Virus record (IMG/VR): IMGVR_UViG_3300033076_001357
Coordinates: 21,120 to 85,119 of that record
From: a virus
Taxonomy: Duplodnaviria > Caudoviricetes
DNA: 64,000 nt
Direction: 5' to 3' (one strand)
Positions within the stretch are counted from its first letter, which is position 1, and every line of letters starts with the position of its first letter. The notes beneath the pieces are model-generated. The model had not been told where the DNA came from, did no database searches, and was given only the letters and a program-made list of their open reading frames with translations. Position numbers and translations under genes: made by a program. This document shows positions 1 to 7,310 of the stretch, piece after piece.

Positions 1-249
1 GTTGAAGCCGTCACCGTCCGGGGCGGCGCGGACCGACCACTCGAACTTGTCCCACCAGTCGTGGGCGCGGACCCGGTCGCGCACCTGACGCGCGGAGCCA
101 CGGGTGGCGTGGCCCTGCGAGATCAGGGCCCACTGGCCCGGGTACTCCGCGCGCAGCTTGGCTGCCAGCGCCTGGCGGTACTTGAACAGCTGGGACGAGG
201 AGGCCTTACGGGAGACGACCTCCGACGTGTTCACGATCTGGACTTCCAC
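1..249 (-). CDS. Hypothetical protein, partial (runs off window start)
   Basis: Read by hand: GGAGG RBS then GTG at 249, open to base 1 (VEVQIVNTSEVVSRK...); promoter-like hexamers at 297-325. Not in the ORF track. Confidence 0.6.
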   Translation of the reverse strand, partial: MEVQIVNTSEVVSRKASSSQLFKYRQALAAKLRAEYPGQWALISQGHATRGSARQVRDRVRAHDWWDKFEWSVRAAPDGDGFN

Positions 250-390
250 CGGTACCTCCGGAACGGGGCCACCGCTTGTCGGTGGCGCATGGTACCAGTC
301 TACCATAAGAGGTCCCCCAGCACAACTATGAGAATTACTTCAACTGATAGTAACCATATGATAACCAGCCAAGATGCGTGTACCCTACAC

Positions 391-700
391 GGAACACTGG
401 AACACCCCTCCGGCGAGAAAGCCTCGTACGCGTACGCGCGAGCACGTACGCCCACACACGTACGTAAAAAGCCTATATATCCTGTGGGTGTTCCAGTGTT
501 CCATAGCCTCTGACCGGCCACGCTTATGGAACACCCCCTATGTTCCAGGGGGTGTTCCAGAGGGGGTGTTCCGGTGTTCCAGTAACAGACAGTAGCAGCT
601 CGTCACAGCGAGCAAATGATAATTAGATAACTCCTTGTTACTGGAACACACCAGGGAGTTACTGGAACACCGCTGGAACACCGGGGGTGTTCCAGGAGTG
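391..700. repeat. Iteron-like array A of TGGAACAC/GTGTTCCA motifs with an AT-richer core; candidate replication origin
   Basis: About a dozen copies of the 8-mer in both orientations at irregular spacing; near the 3' end of the primase/helicase gene. Confidence 0.7.
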
Positions 701-823
701 TGCCAGGAGAGCCGTACTAATCTGTCGTAGCACGGGTGCGGCATAATGGAGCAGTTAGTGCGGTTACTCTTCGTAGGAAACTAGGGGGGGCTCGCTGGCC
801 CCCTCGGACCCCGGACACACAGC

Positions 824-926
824 GAGGCCGCCGGAGGGGTCTCCGGCGGCCTCGTAGGGGTCTCCCGGCGCCCAGGCCGTACCCGGGGCCGTACGCTTGC
901 GGGAGATACCGTCCCGGGCCGGGACG
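824..926. repeat. Conserved element, copy 1 (13-bp hairpin block plus 41-bp block)
   Basis: 824-858 is identical to 3999-4033, and 886-926 is identical to 4061-4101. Confidence 0.9.
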
Positions 927-954
927 GGGTATCCGGGCGGCAGCCGCCCGCTGG

Positions 955-3684
955 CTACTCCGTGGCGCGGTCCCGGATCATCTGTGAGTACTTGATGGGG
1001 ATCTCCCGGTACCGCAGCCTGCCGCCGTCCGACAACCTGACCGGCTTACCGCTTCCCGAACAGCCGATGTTGGTGAGTTCGGACTGGATGGCGTCCTCGC
1101 TGGTCAGCGACTCGGTGCGGGAGTCGCGTTCCTTGCGGTCCTTCCAGCAGTCGGCCATCCTGGACACGTTCACCCAGAACGTCTCGGTCACCGCGTCCCA
1201 GAACACCGGCACGTTGACACCCGGGCTGGTCTTACGGTTGGTGACGTCGTTCATCCGGGTCTCGGGGAACAGGTGGGACCGCCACAGGGTCGGGATCATC
1301 TGCAGCACCACCACGCTGGCGTTGCCGAGGTCCTCCTGGTCCCCGATCCAGTTGCGCACCCGGTCGACGTGGAACCCGTCACCGGTGAGCTTGTCCAGCA
1401 CCATGGCCCCCATCAGTATCAGGCTGTCGGTCTGGGACCTGCGGGACGAGGTCTTGTTCAGCCCCTTGAGCTGGCTCAGCATCGGGGCCAGTTCGATGAT
1501 ACCCGCCACCAGCGAACCCGCGATCTGGGTGTAGTCGCGGTTGAACCTGCCGAACCACAGTTCCTGGACGTCGTCCCACTGGGGTCGGGTGGGGTCCTTG
1601 AAAGACATCCGTCCCTTGGGGTCGGGGAAGTGCACCGCCACCATGCGGTCGCGGTTGGCCTTCTGGCTGTTGAAGAAGGTTCCCAGGCCTTCGGACGAGA
1701 TGGCGGCGCTGGCCCGGAACCTGGTCACCTGCAGCTTGGACAGGTCGGACACGTCCCGGTTGGTGGCGTCGCCCCCCGTCGCCGCCTGCCGCAACAGCTC
1801 CTGGATGTCACCGGCCAGCCCGTCGCAGTCGTCGAACCACACGATGCCGGACGCGTTGGCGCCCAGCGCGGTCCTGGCCGTGGCCTTGGTCCAGCCGCCG
1901 CCCGTGCCGGTGTGCCCGACCAGCGAGAACACCTGCTCCAGAAACTTGGACTTACCGGACTCGGCGGTCCCGTCCACCTTCAGGATGGGAAACACCGGCA
2001 GGTTCAGGTGACCGCGCAGCACGGACATCACAGCCCAGGACCCGACCACGGAGGCCGCTGTCTCGTCGTGGAAGGTCAGCACCTCCCGGAACACGTCGAC
2101 AGCGCCCCTGACGCCGACGACGGACCCGTACCGGCTGCGGGAGTGCTCAATGGCGAACTTGGTGGGGCGAACCTTGGTGAAGGGCTCGATGGCGGACAGC
2201 CCCGGGGTGATTACCCCCTGGTCCGCCACGAACACCCCAGCCTTCTCGTTCCACCCAAGGTGGCTGACGATCTCGCACCGGGGCGGGTTCTGCGACATCA
2301 GCAGAGCCTGCATCCGGGTACCAGCGTCTCCCTTGTCGGTATTGTTGGGGTTGTTGTACCGCAGCAGGCCGCCGTGGCCCATGACCCACCGTTTCAGAGC
2401 GGCGTTGTTGGCGAGAACGTCGGAGGTGATCTCCCGGTCCCGCTTGACTGTGCCGTCCTTGGTGATGAAATCCACGATCCAGGTGATGACCCCGTCGTCC
2501 TCGTAGACGCTGGTGGCCCGCAGCTTGAAATCGCTGAATACTGCGGTGAGGGCCTTGTGCTGCCTACCCTCTTCGTCGACGTACGATTCTCTGATCAACG
2601 CCTCGTATCCAAACTCCTCGATGCGGTCACGAAGGTGACCGTTGTCTTCAGAGAAGTCCAGAACAACGCTGCTGTCAACCTTGACGGGGCCGGACGGCAC
2701 CTCCACCACCGTACCCAGCCGGGTAGACGCGGCCAGGTTGAGGTGGGCCACGGCCTTCCGGTCGGGGTGGTTCTTCCGCTCCAGCTTGAAGATGGACCCC
2801 CACGTCGCCTCAAGGCGGGAGGACTCGTGGGGCTGGTCGGACATCATGTCTACCGCCCGGACGAACCCGATGGCCTCGTCCTCCTGGAGAAGCCCGGCGG
2901 CCACGGAGGGGGCCAGCATCCCGCAGATCCGGGCCAGCCAGTCGTTCCCCCGGTCCGGGTCGTCCGACATCAGCTCCAGCAGAGCCTTCTTGGACCGGCT
3001 GGAACCGTCGGCGGACGACCGGCCGGTCTTGGCGGCGACCAGAGACCACGCCTCGGGGTTGTCCACCCACAGGTCGGGGAGGAAAGTAAGGTCGTCGGCT
3101 CGCGGGGGCGCGCTGGCCTCCTCCCCCTCCGGGGTGAACCACTGGTACCGCAGGCCGTCCTCGTCGATCACGGAGGGCCACACCACCGAGTACCGGTGGC
3201 TGAACTGGATGACGTCGATGTCGGTAGCGGCCTTGGTGGGCCACTGCCTGCCGGGGGGAACCCGGTAGAACCTGATGCGGGAGTCGCCCCACCCCCGGCG
3301 GGTCGACGACCAGGTGGGCGGCAGGGGGCACACCCTGGCCTCCAGCTCGGCCAGCTGGTCCGCGCCCCGTTTGGCGCCGTAGTGATCGACGTCGATTCCG
3401 ACGACCCCGTCGGGGAGGCGCAGTCCGATGTTGCCGGACCAGGTGGCCACGTCTCCGGCGGCAGGCCAGCGCCCGTCGTATCCGGTGTACCCGTTGGGGG
3501 GCGGGGACTTCTTGCCCGAGGGAAGTACGATGGTTCCGGACCAGCCCGCCTGTCGGTACAGGTCGGCCGCTCGCTGGAACGGGGTTTGCTCTTCAGGCAC
3601 CTCTGTGTTAGACTCGGAGCGGGTGATCGGATGGTCAGGGCCCAGCGGAGGACGGATCCGCTGGGCCTCATTCATTTCTGTCAT
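955..3684 (-). CDS. Bifunctional DNA primase/polymerase fused to a P-loop helicase-like domain
   Basis: N-terminal prim-pol motifs (NIGLRLPDGVVGIDVD...RIRFYRVP); C-terminal Walker A GTAESGKS and a Walker B-like WFDD. Confidence 0.85.
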   Translation of the reverse strand: MTEMNEAQRIRPPLGPDHPITRSESNTEVPEEQTPFQRAADLYRQAGWSGTIVLPSGKKSPPPNGYTGYDGRWPAAGDVATWSGNIGLRLPDGVVGIDVDHYGAKRGADQLAELEARVCPLPPTWSSTRRGWGDSRIRFYRVPPGRQWPTKAATDIDVIQFSHRYSVVWPSVIDEDGLRYQWFTPEGEEASAPPRADDLTFLPDLWVDNPEAWSLVAAKTGRSSADGSSRSKKALLELMSDDPDRGNDWLARICGMLAPSVAAGLLQEDEAIGFVRAVDMMSDQPHESSRLEATWGSIFKLERKNHPDRKAVAHLNLAASTRLGTVVEVPSGPVKVDSSVVLDFSEDNGHLRDRIEEFGYEALIRESYVDEEGRQHKALTAVFSDFKLRATSVYEDDGVITWIVDFITKDGTVKRDREITSDVLANNAALKRWVMGHGGLLRYNNPNNTDKGDAGTRMQALLMSQNPPRCEIVSHLGWNEKAGVFVADQGVITPGLSAIEPFTKVRPTKFAIEHSRSRYGSVVGVRGAVDVFREVLTFHDETAASVVGSWAVMSVLRGHLNLPVFPILKVDGTAESGKSKFLEQVFSLVGHTGTGGGWTKATARTALGANASGIVWFDDCDGLAGDIQELLRQAATGGDATNRDVSDLSKLQVTRFRASAAISSEGLGTFFNSQKANRDRMVAVHFPDPKGRMSFKDPTRPQWDDVQELWFGRFNRDYTQIAGSLVAGIIELAPMLSQLKGLNKTSSRRSQTDSLILMGAMVLDKLTGDGFHVDRVRNWIGDQEDLGNASVVVLQMIPTLWRSHLFPETRMNDVTNRKTSPGVNVPVFWDAVTETFWVNVSRMADCWKDRKERDSRTESLTSEDAIQSELTNIGCSGSGKPVRLSDGGRLRYREIPIKYSQMIRDRATE

Positions 3685-3715
3685 TGCGCCATCCCGTCGG
3701 ATAGTTGCGATAACG

Positions 3716-3916
3716 TTATGGGCGGTCTTCTGTCAGATCGTCCAGGGAGCAGCCCAGGGCTTCGGCCAACCGGACAGCGTTTCTCAGGGTCGGTGTGTGT
3801 CTTCCGTTGACCCAAGCGGACACGTCGGGTCGATGGGACCCAATTTTACGGGCCAGACCTGACACGGTAACGCCCTTGCGGGCCATGGCCCTTCTTACTG
3901 CCGTCCTGTTCAGCAT
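3716..3916 (-). CDS. XRE/Cro-family HTH regulator
   Basis: VSGLARKIGSHRPDVSAWVNGRHTP...LAEALGCSLDDL. Confidence 0.85.
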   Translation of the reverse strand: MLNRTAVRRAMARKGVTVSGLARKIGSHRPDVSAWVNGRHTPTLRNAVRLAEALGCSLDDLTEDRP

Positions 3917-3998
3917 CAGTCATCACCTCCTTGTGACGGACGGGGCGTGAGAGAATCCTACACCTGCGTAGGGGCGGTCCTACATTTTTTCTACGGGG

Positions 3999-4101
3999 GA
4001 GGCCGCCGGAGGGGTCTCCGGCGGCCTCGTAGGAGCAGGACGGCCCCGGGAGGCCCGGGCGGGCCGTACGCTTGCGGGAGATACCGTCCCGGGCCGGGAC
4101 G
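3999..4101. repeat. Conserved element, copy 2
   Basis: See 824-926. Confidence 0.9.
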
Positions 4102-4104
4102 AGC

Positions 4105-4353
4105 CTACTCCGTGGGAGCGGGAGCCGCCGGGGGGTTCCGCCGGATCACCAGGTCGTCCAGGGAGCAGCCCAGCGCGTCGGCCAGGTTGGTCATGGACGC
4201 CACGGTAGGGGTGCGTCGGCCGTTCTCCCAGCCTGACACCAGCGTACGGTCGGTGCCCACCATGCGGGCCAGCTTCGACACCGACAGCGGGTTGCCGTCC
4301 GCGTCCTTCAGGTCCTTGCGGAGCCGGGTCATGGCCTCCGGGTTGAACGTCAT
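4105..4353 (-). CDS. XRE/Cro-family HTH regulator (paralogue of 3716-3916)
   Basis: VSKLARMVGTDRTLVSGWENGRRTP...LADALGCSLDDL. Confidence 0.85.
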   Translation of the reverse strand: MTFNPEAMTRLRKDLKDADGNPLSVSKLARMVGTDRTLVSGWENGRRTPTVASMTNLADALGCSLDDLVIRRNPPAAPAPTE

Positions 4354-4434
4354 CAGATTACCTCCTAAATGGGAAGGGCCGCCCCTCCCCTGGAGGGGGG
4401 AGGGGCGGCCCGGGGGTAGTGACGGCGGGAACCG

Positions 4435-4911
4435 TCAGAAGAGGGGCTTGTTCTCGGCGGCCGGGGTGGCCGCCGGAGCGGCGGAGAGCGAACTGCCGTT
4501 GGAGGCCAGGCCGACTCCGACGGGACCGTCGAGCGGCAGGAACTCCTGGATCTTGCTGCTGATCTTGCCCGCGTGGGCGCCCTTCTGGGTCACCTCGTGT
4601 CCGACCTGGGCCCGGATCTTGCGGCCCACCAGTTCACCGGTGTCGGTGTTGACCGGAACGCCGAAGGCGGCGAACACGTTCTTGAGCTTGAAGTACGCAG
4701 CCTCGGAGAGGCTGGTGTTCTCCCACAGCTTGCGCCCGGAGAACGGGCCGTCGACGACCTGGAACGACCACTTCCAGTACGGGCCCTTCTCGCCCTCCTT
4801 GACGGCCACGTCCTCGACCAGCTGGATGACGTAGATGCCGGGGTCGATCGGCTTGAAGCCGTCCTCGGCCGCCTCGACCTTGTTCGCGACGTCGTCGTTG
4901 AGACGGGGCAT
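4435..4911 (-). CDS. DUF669-like putative single-stranded DNA-binding protein
   Basis: FKPIDPGIY...GRKLWEN...AAFGV pattern; lies next to the Sak4-like gene. Start taken at ATG 4911 (MPRLNDD). Confidence 0.7.
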   Translation of the reverse strand: MPRLNDDVANKVEAAEDGFKPIDPGIYVIQLVEDVAVKEGEKGPYWKWSFQVVDGPFSGRKLWENTSLSEAAYFKLKNVFAAFGVPVNTDTGELVGRKIRAQVGHEVTQKGAHAGKISSKIQEFLPLDGPVGVGLASNGSSLSAAPAATPAAENKPLF

Positions 4912-5089
4912 TTGGTGCCTCTCTTTCTGGCGGTACTGCTTCTGTGTATGCCCTCGGTTCCCCGGGCAGGGGTTGCTCTTCACGAGCGTGGACTGGAGCG
5001 CCGTCTGGCTGGCGGCGCCCCCGTTCTGTAGCCAGTATAGCACGTGGTCTTGTGCTAGCGCAATCCGTGTGCCGACCGGCAGTGGCCCA

Positions 5090-5956
5090 CTAGGCGGGGG
5101 TGATCTCCCCGGTGGACTCATCGACCATGGACCCGTCGAACGGGTTCTGGTGGGTGCGCTCGTAGTAGGTCGTGATCAGCGGGTCAGCGACAGCCATGGC
5201 CCGGCTGTCGTCCGCCTGGACGTACTCGATGATGCGGTCCATGGTGGGGTTGGGGAAGACGGCCGGGAGGGCACCGAACCGGTCCTTGCCCCGGGCCTTG
5301 CCGACGGGGCGGGTGACGGCCACGAACCGGGACCGGTCGTCCTGCGGCCCTTCCTTCTGCTCGGTGTAGCACACGACGTCCACGTACCCGACCATGTCCA
5401 CCGCGAACTTGGGAGTGAGGGCCGGTCGGTAGAACGCCCCGTCGGTGTCGATCTCCCGCTTGGCGAGACAGACGAACACCACGTGGCAGTCCAGGTCACG
5501 GAACCGACGCGAGATCAGCCGGACCTGCTCGGTCATCTTGCCCCACTCGTCCTGCTCGGCGCTGAACTCGTCGTCCACCATGCCGACGGCGGTGCGCTTG
5601 ACGTGCCGCTTGTGACGGATGTCCTCCATCAGCTTCTTCTGCAGCTCGGTCATGGAGTCGAAAACGACTCCGGCGACCGACCCGGGGTCGGAATCGATCA
5701 TGTCCTTGACGGACCAGTAGAGACGGTCCAGGTCCTCGTAGGAGGTGACCCGGTAGGGCATGATGTTCTCGACCGGGACGCCCAGCTCGCGAAGGGGCTT
5801 GGCCTTCACACCCGATTCGGCGTCGACGTAGATGATCTTGCCGAGCTTGGCCAGGTGGGCGGCGGCGGTGGACTTGCCCGACCCGCCTTCACCGTAGTAC
5901 AGGACGTTGACGAACTCTTCACCCTCGATCTCGGCGAGGGACTTCAACGGGGGCAT
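5090..5956 (-). CDS. Sak4-like (AAA_24) phage ATPase/recombinase
   Basis: YYGEGGSGKST Walker A, YVDAESG, VVFDSMTELQ, VVFVCLAK. Confidence 0.8.
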   Translation of the reverse strand: MPPLKSLAEIEGEEFVNVLYYGEGGSGKSTAAAHLAKLGKIIYVDAESGVKAKPLRELGVPVENIMPYRVTSYEDLDRLYWSVKDMIDSDPGSVAGVVFDSMTELQKKLMEDIRHKRHVKRTAVGMVDDEFSAEQDEWGKMTEQVRLISRRFRDLDCHVVFVCLAKREIDTDGAFYRPALTPKFAVDMVGYVDVVCYTEQKEGPQDDRSRFVAVTRPVGKARGKDRFGALPAVFPNPTMDRIIEYVQADDSRAMAVADPLITTYYERTHQNPFDGSMVDESTGEITPA

Positions 5957-6024
5957 GCGGTTCCTTCGGGTTGTGTGCGTGGTGACCTGATGCTGACCGG
6001 CGGGCCGAACGGCTCCCGGTAGCG

Positions 6025-6096
6025 TGCCACCAACAGGACTCGAACCTGTGCCTCGGCTGTTTCAGAGCCGCGCTCTACCAACTGAGCTATGGTGGC
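6025..6096 (-). tRNA. tRNA-Phe (GAA)
   Basis: Full cloverleaf: GCCACCA/TGGTGGC, D-arm GCTC-AGTTGGTA-GAGC, CGGCT-CTGAAAC-AGCCG, T-loop TTCGAGT; CCA not encoded. Confidence 0.92.
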
Positions 6097-6150
6097 GGAT
6101 GGAAAGCGGCAGTTATCGCCGCGCCACTCCGCAAACGATAACTGCCGCAG

Positions 6151-6238
6151 TGTGCCGGACGGGAATCGAACCCGCATCTGTGAGTGTCTCAGCCAGGTCC
6201 TACCTCTGGCTTCACCGTCTTACTTAGACCACCGGCAC
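6151..6238 (-). ncRNA. tRNA-like RNA with an extra hairpin in place of the anticodon loop
   Basis: Acceptor GTGCCGG/CCGGCAC-A, D-like GTCT/AGAC, T-arm GCGGG-TTCGATT-CCCGT; the anticodon arm carries AGCCAG-AGGTAGGAC-CTGGCT. Confidence 0.65.
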
Positions 6239-6287
6239 CGCCCGGCTCCTAGGCGCCGGGCCAGGTCGGGTGTGCCTTCCCGACCAG

Positions 6288-6418
6288 TGAGCGGGGCAGG
6301 AATCGAACCTACCTAGGCGGGCTGCCGCCCTATTTGCCTCCAAGGTGAAGGGGAATCGAACCCCACACCCCACCCAGGGGAACCCGGAATCGAACCGGAT
6401 ACCTTATCCACTCCGCTC
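6288..6418 (-). ncRNA. Structured RNA with three identical GGTTCGATTCC T-loop hairpins closed by GAGCGG/CCGCTC
   Basis: Hand folding of the reverse complement. Confidence 0.6.
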
Positions 6419-6441
6419 TCGCTGTTGAGTTGTTGTGCTAG

Positions 6442-6517
6442 TGGACCCGGCGGGATTCGAACCCGCTACGCGCGCTATCACCAGCCGCCGGGTGCACATC
6501 CGGCAGACGACGGGCCC
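6442..6517 (-). ncRNA. 76-nt tRNA-like RNA with non-canonical D and anticodon arms
   Basis: Acceptor GGGCCCG/CGGGTCC-A and T-arm GCGGG-TTCGAAT-CCCGC are intact; the middle does not fit a cloverleaf. Confidence 0.55.
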
Positions 6518-6524
6518 AGGAACG

Positions 6525-6689
6525 TTAGTTGGTCTTGACGGGCTTCTTGCACTTACCCCGACCACAGGGGGCCGGGTCGTGGCGCTGGCCGCACGGCCGG
6601 ACCTTCCACGCCTTGCCGCTACGGCGCTCGGTGTTGGTGGCGACGGCGACGGCCTTCTTCCCGCCCCCGCCGGAGTTCTTCTTTGCCAC
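6525..6689 (-). CDS. 54-aa Lys/Arg-rich peptide with a C-terminal Cys/His cluster
   Basis: RBS AGAAAGGAG, GTG at 6689, TAA at 6525-6527; MAKKNSGGGGKKAVAVATNTERRSGKAWKVRPCGQRHDPAPCGRGKCKKPVKTN. Below the ORF-track cutoff. Confidence 0.65.
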   Translation of the reverse strand: MAKKNSGGGGKKAVAVATNTERRSGKAWKVRPCGQRHDPAPCGRGKCKKPVKTN

Positions 6690-6727
6690 GTGACGCTCCT
6701 TTCTGACGACTGACTGACACCACGGGG

Positions 6728-6851
6728 GGGACGGAGCGGGATTCGAACCCGCATCTGTTGCCAGGGACCGGGACAGCCCACCCGAGGAGATCCGCTCCCT
6801 TTGTGGGGCCCCTGACGTGCGCTTCCGCTCTACCGTTTGAGCTATCCGTCC
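6728..6851 (-). ncRNA. 124-nt tRNA-like RNA with canonical acceptor, D and T arms and a long nested hairpin replacing the anticodon arm
   Basis: GGACGGA/TCCGTCC; TA-GCTC-AAACGGTA-GAGC; GCGGG-TTCGAAT-CCCGC; insert closed by GTCAGGG/CCCTGGC. Confidence 0.7.
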
Positions 6852-6910
6852 AACCGGGACGCGACTTCCGCCGCGTCCCTAGCACCGGGGGGGGCTCGGT
6901 GCATACACCT

Positions 6911-6940
6911 ATTGTAGCATAGGACTTGTCTACGGCACAA
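6911..6940 (-). promoter_or_regulatory. Sigma70/HrdB-like promoter for the tRNA-like cluster
   Basis: TTGTGC-N18-TACAAT with an extended TG. Confidence 0.65.
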
Positions 6941-7247
6941 CCCCCTCTTTGACACGCTGATAACAGCGGTCGCACACCCCCCCTAGGGGGCACCTGTCGC
7001 AGGCGGACAGCCAGCCGTACGTCTGGAGTACGTCCAACGGTGTCCGGGTGTCCTCGGACGCGGTGTCCGGGTGTCCGACGGTGTCCTCGGACGCGGTGTC
7101 CGGGTGTCCGACGGTGTCCGAGACACGTCCGAGGTCGTACAGGGGAGCCACCACCCGGTCCCACAGATCGTCGATGACACGGTCGGGAACCAGCGATCTG
7201 AGAGTTGACCGCAGGTAGGCCCGGGCGTCCTTCCGGGACATCGTCAC
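6930..7247 (-). CDS. Hypothetical protein with DTVGHPDTASE repeats and C-terminal CxxC motifs
   Basis: ORF track; 33-bp tandem DNA repeat inside. Confidence 0.55.
   Translation of the reverse strand: MTMSRKDARAYLRSTLRSLVPDRVIDDLWDRVVAPLYDLGRVSDTVGHPDTASEDTVGHPDTASEDTRTPLDVLQTYGWLSACDRCPLGGVCDRCYQRVKEGVVP
7039..7130. repeat. 33-bp tandem repeat containing eight GGTGTCC (GGACACC) motifs
   Basis: gtgtcctcggacgcggtgtccgggtgtccgacg occurs twice plus partial copies. Confidence 0.85.
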
Positions 7248-7310
7248 AGCTTCCTCCTTGGTAGATACGGGCGAGCCCTGGCCGGGCGGGCCAGGGCTCG
7301 CGGGTTGGTC

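Noticed and set aside
391-700. CRISPR array interpretation of the TGGAACAC repeats (also 51845-52180)
   Set aside because: The repeats are 8 bp, occur in both orientations and are irregularly spaced; there are no cas genes. The Cas4-like nuclease sits in a recombination module.
1273-3810. 845-aa plus-strand ORF and other long antisense ORFs (8772-10430, 31799-33403, 34396-36072, 48836-50944)
   Set aside because: Shadow frames of high-GC3 genes on the opposite strand; no RBS or recognisable motifs.
6855-6878. GC hairpins after genes (also 4377-4412, 25813-25850, 49842-49860, 52277-52308, 54808-54838, 56581-56616, 63758-63793) as novel elements
   Set aside because: Best explained as ordinary actinobacterial terminators lacking U-tails; end coordinates are approximate.
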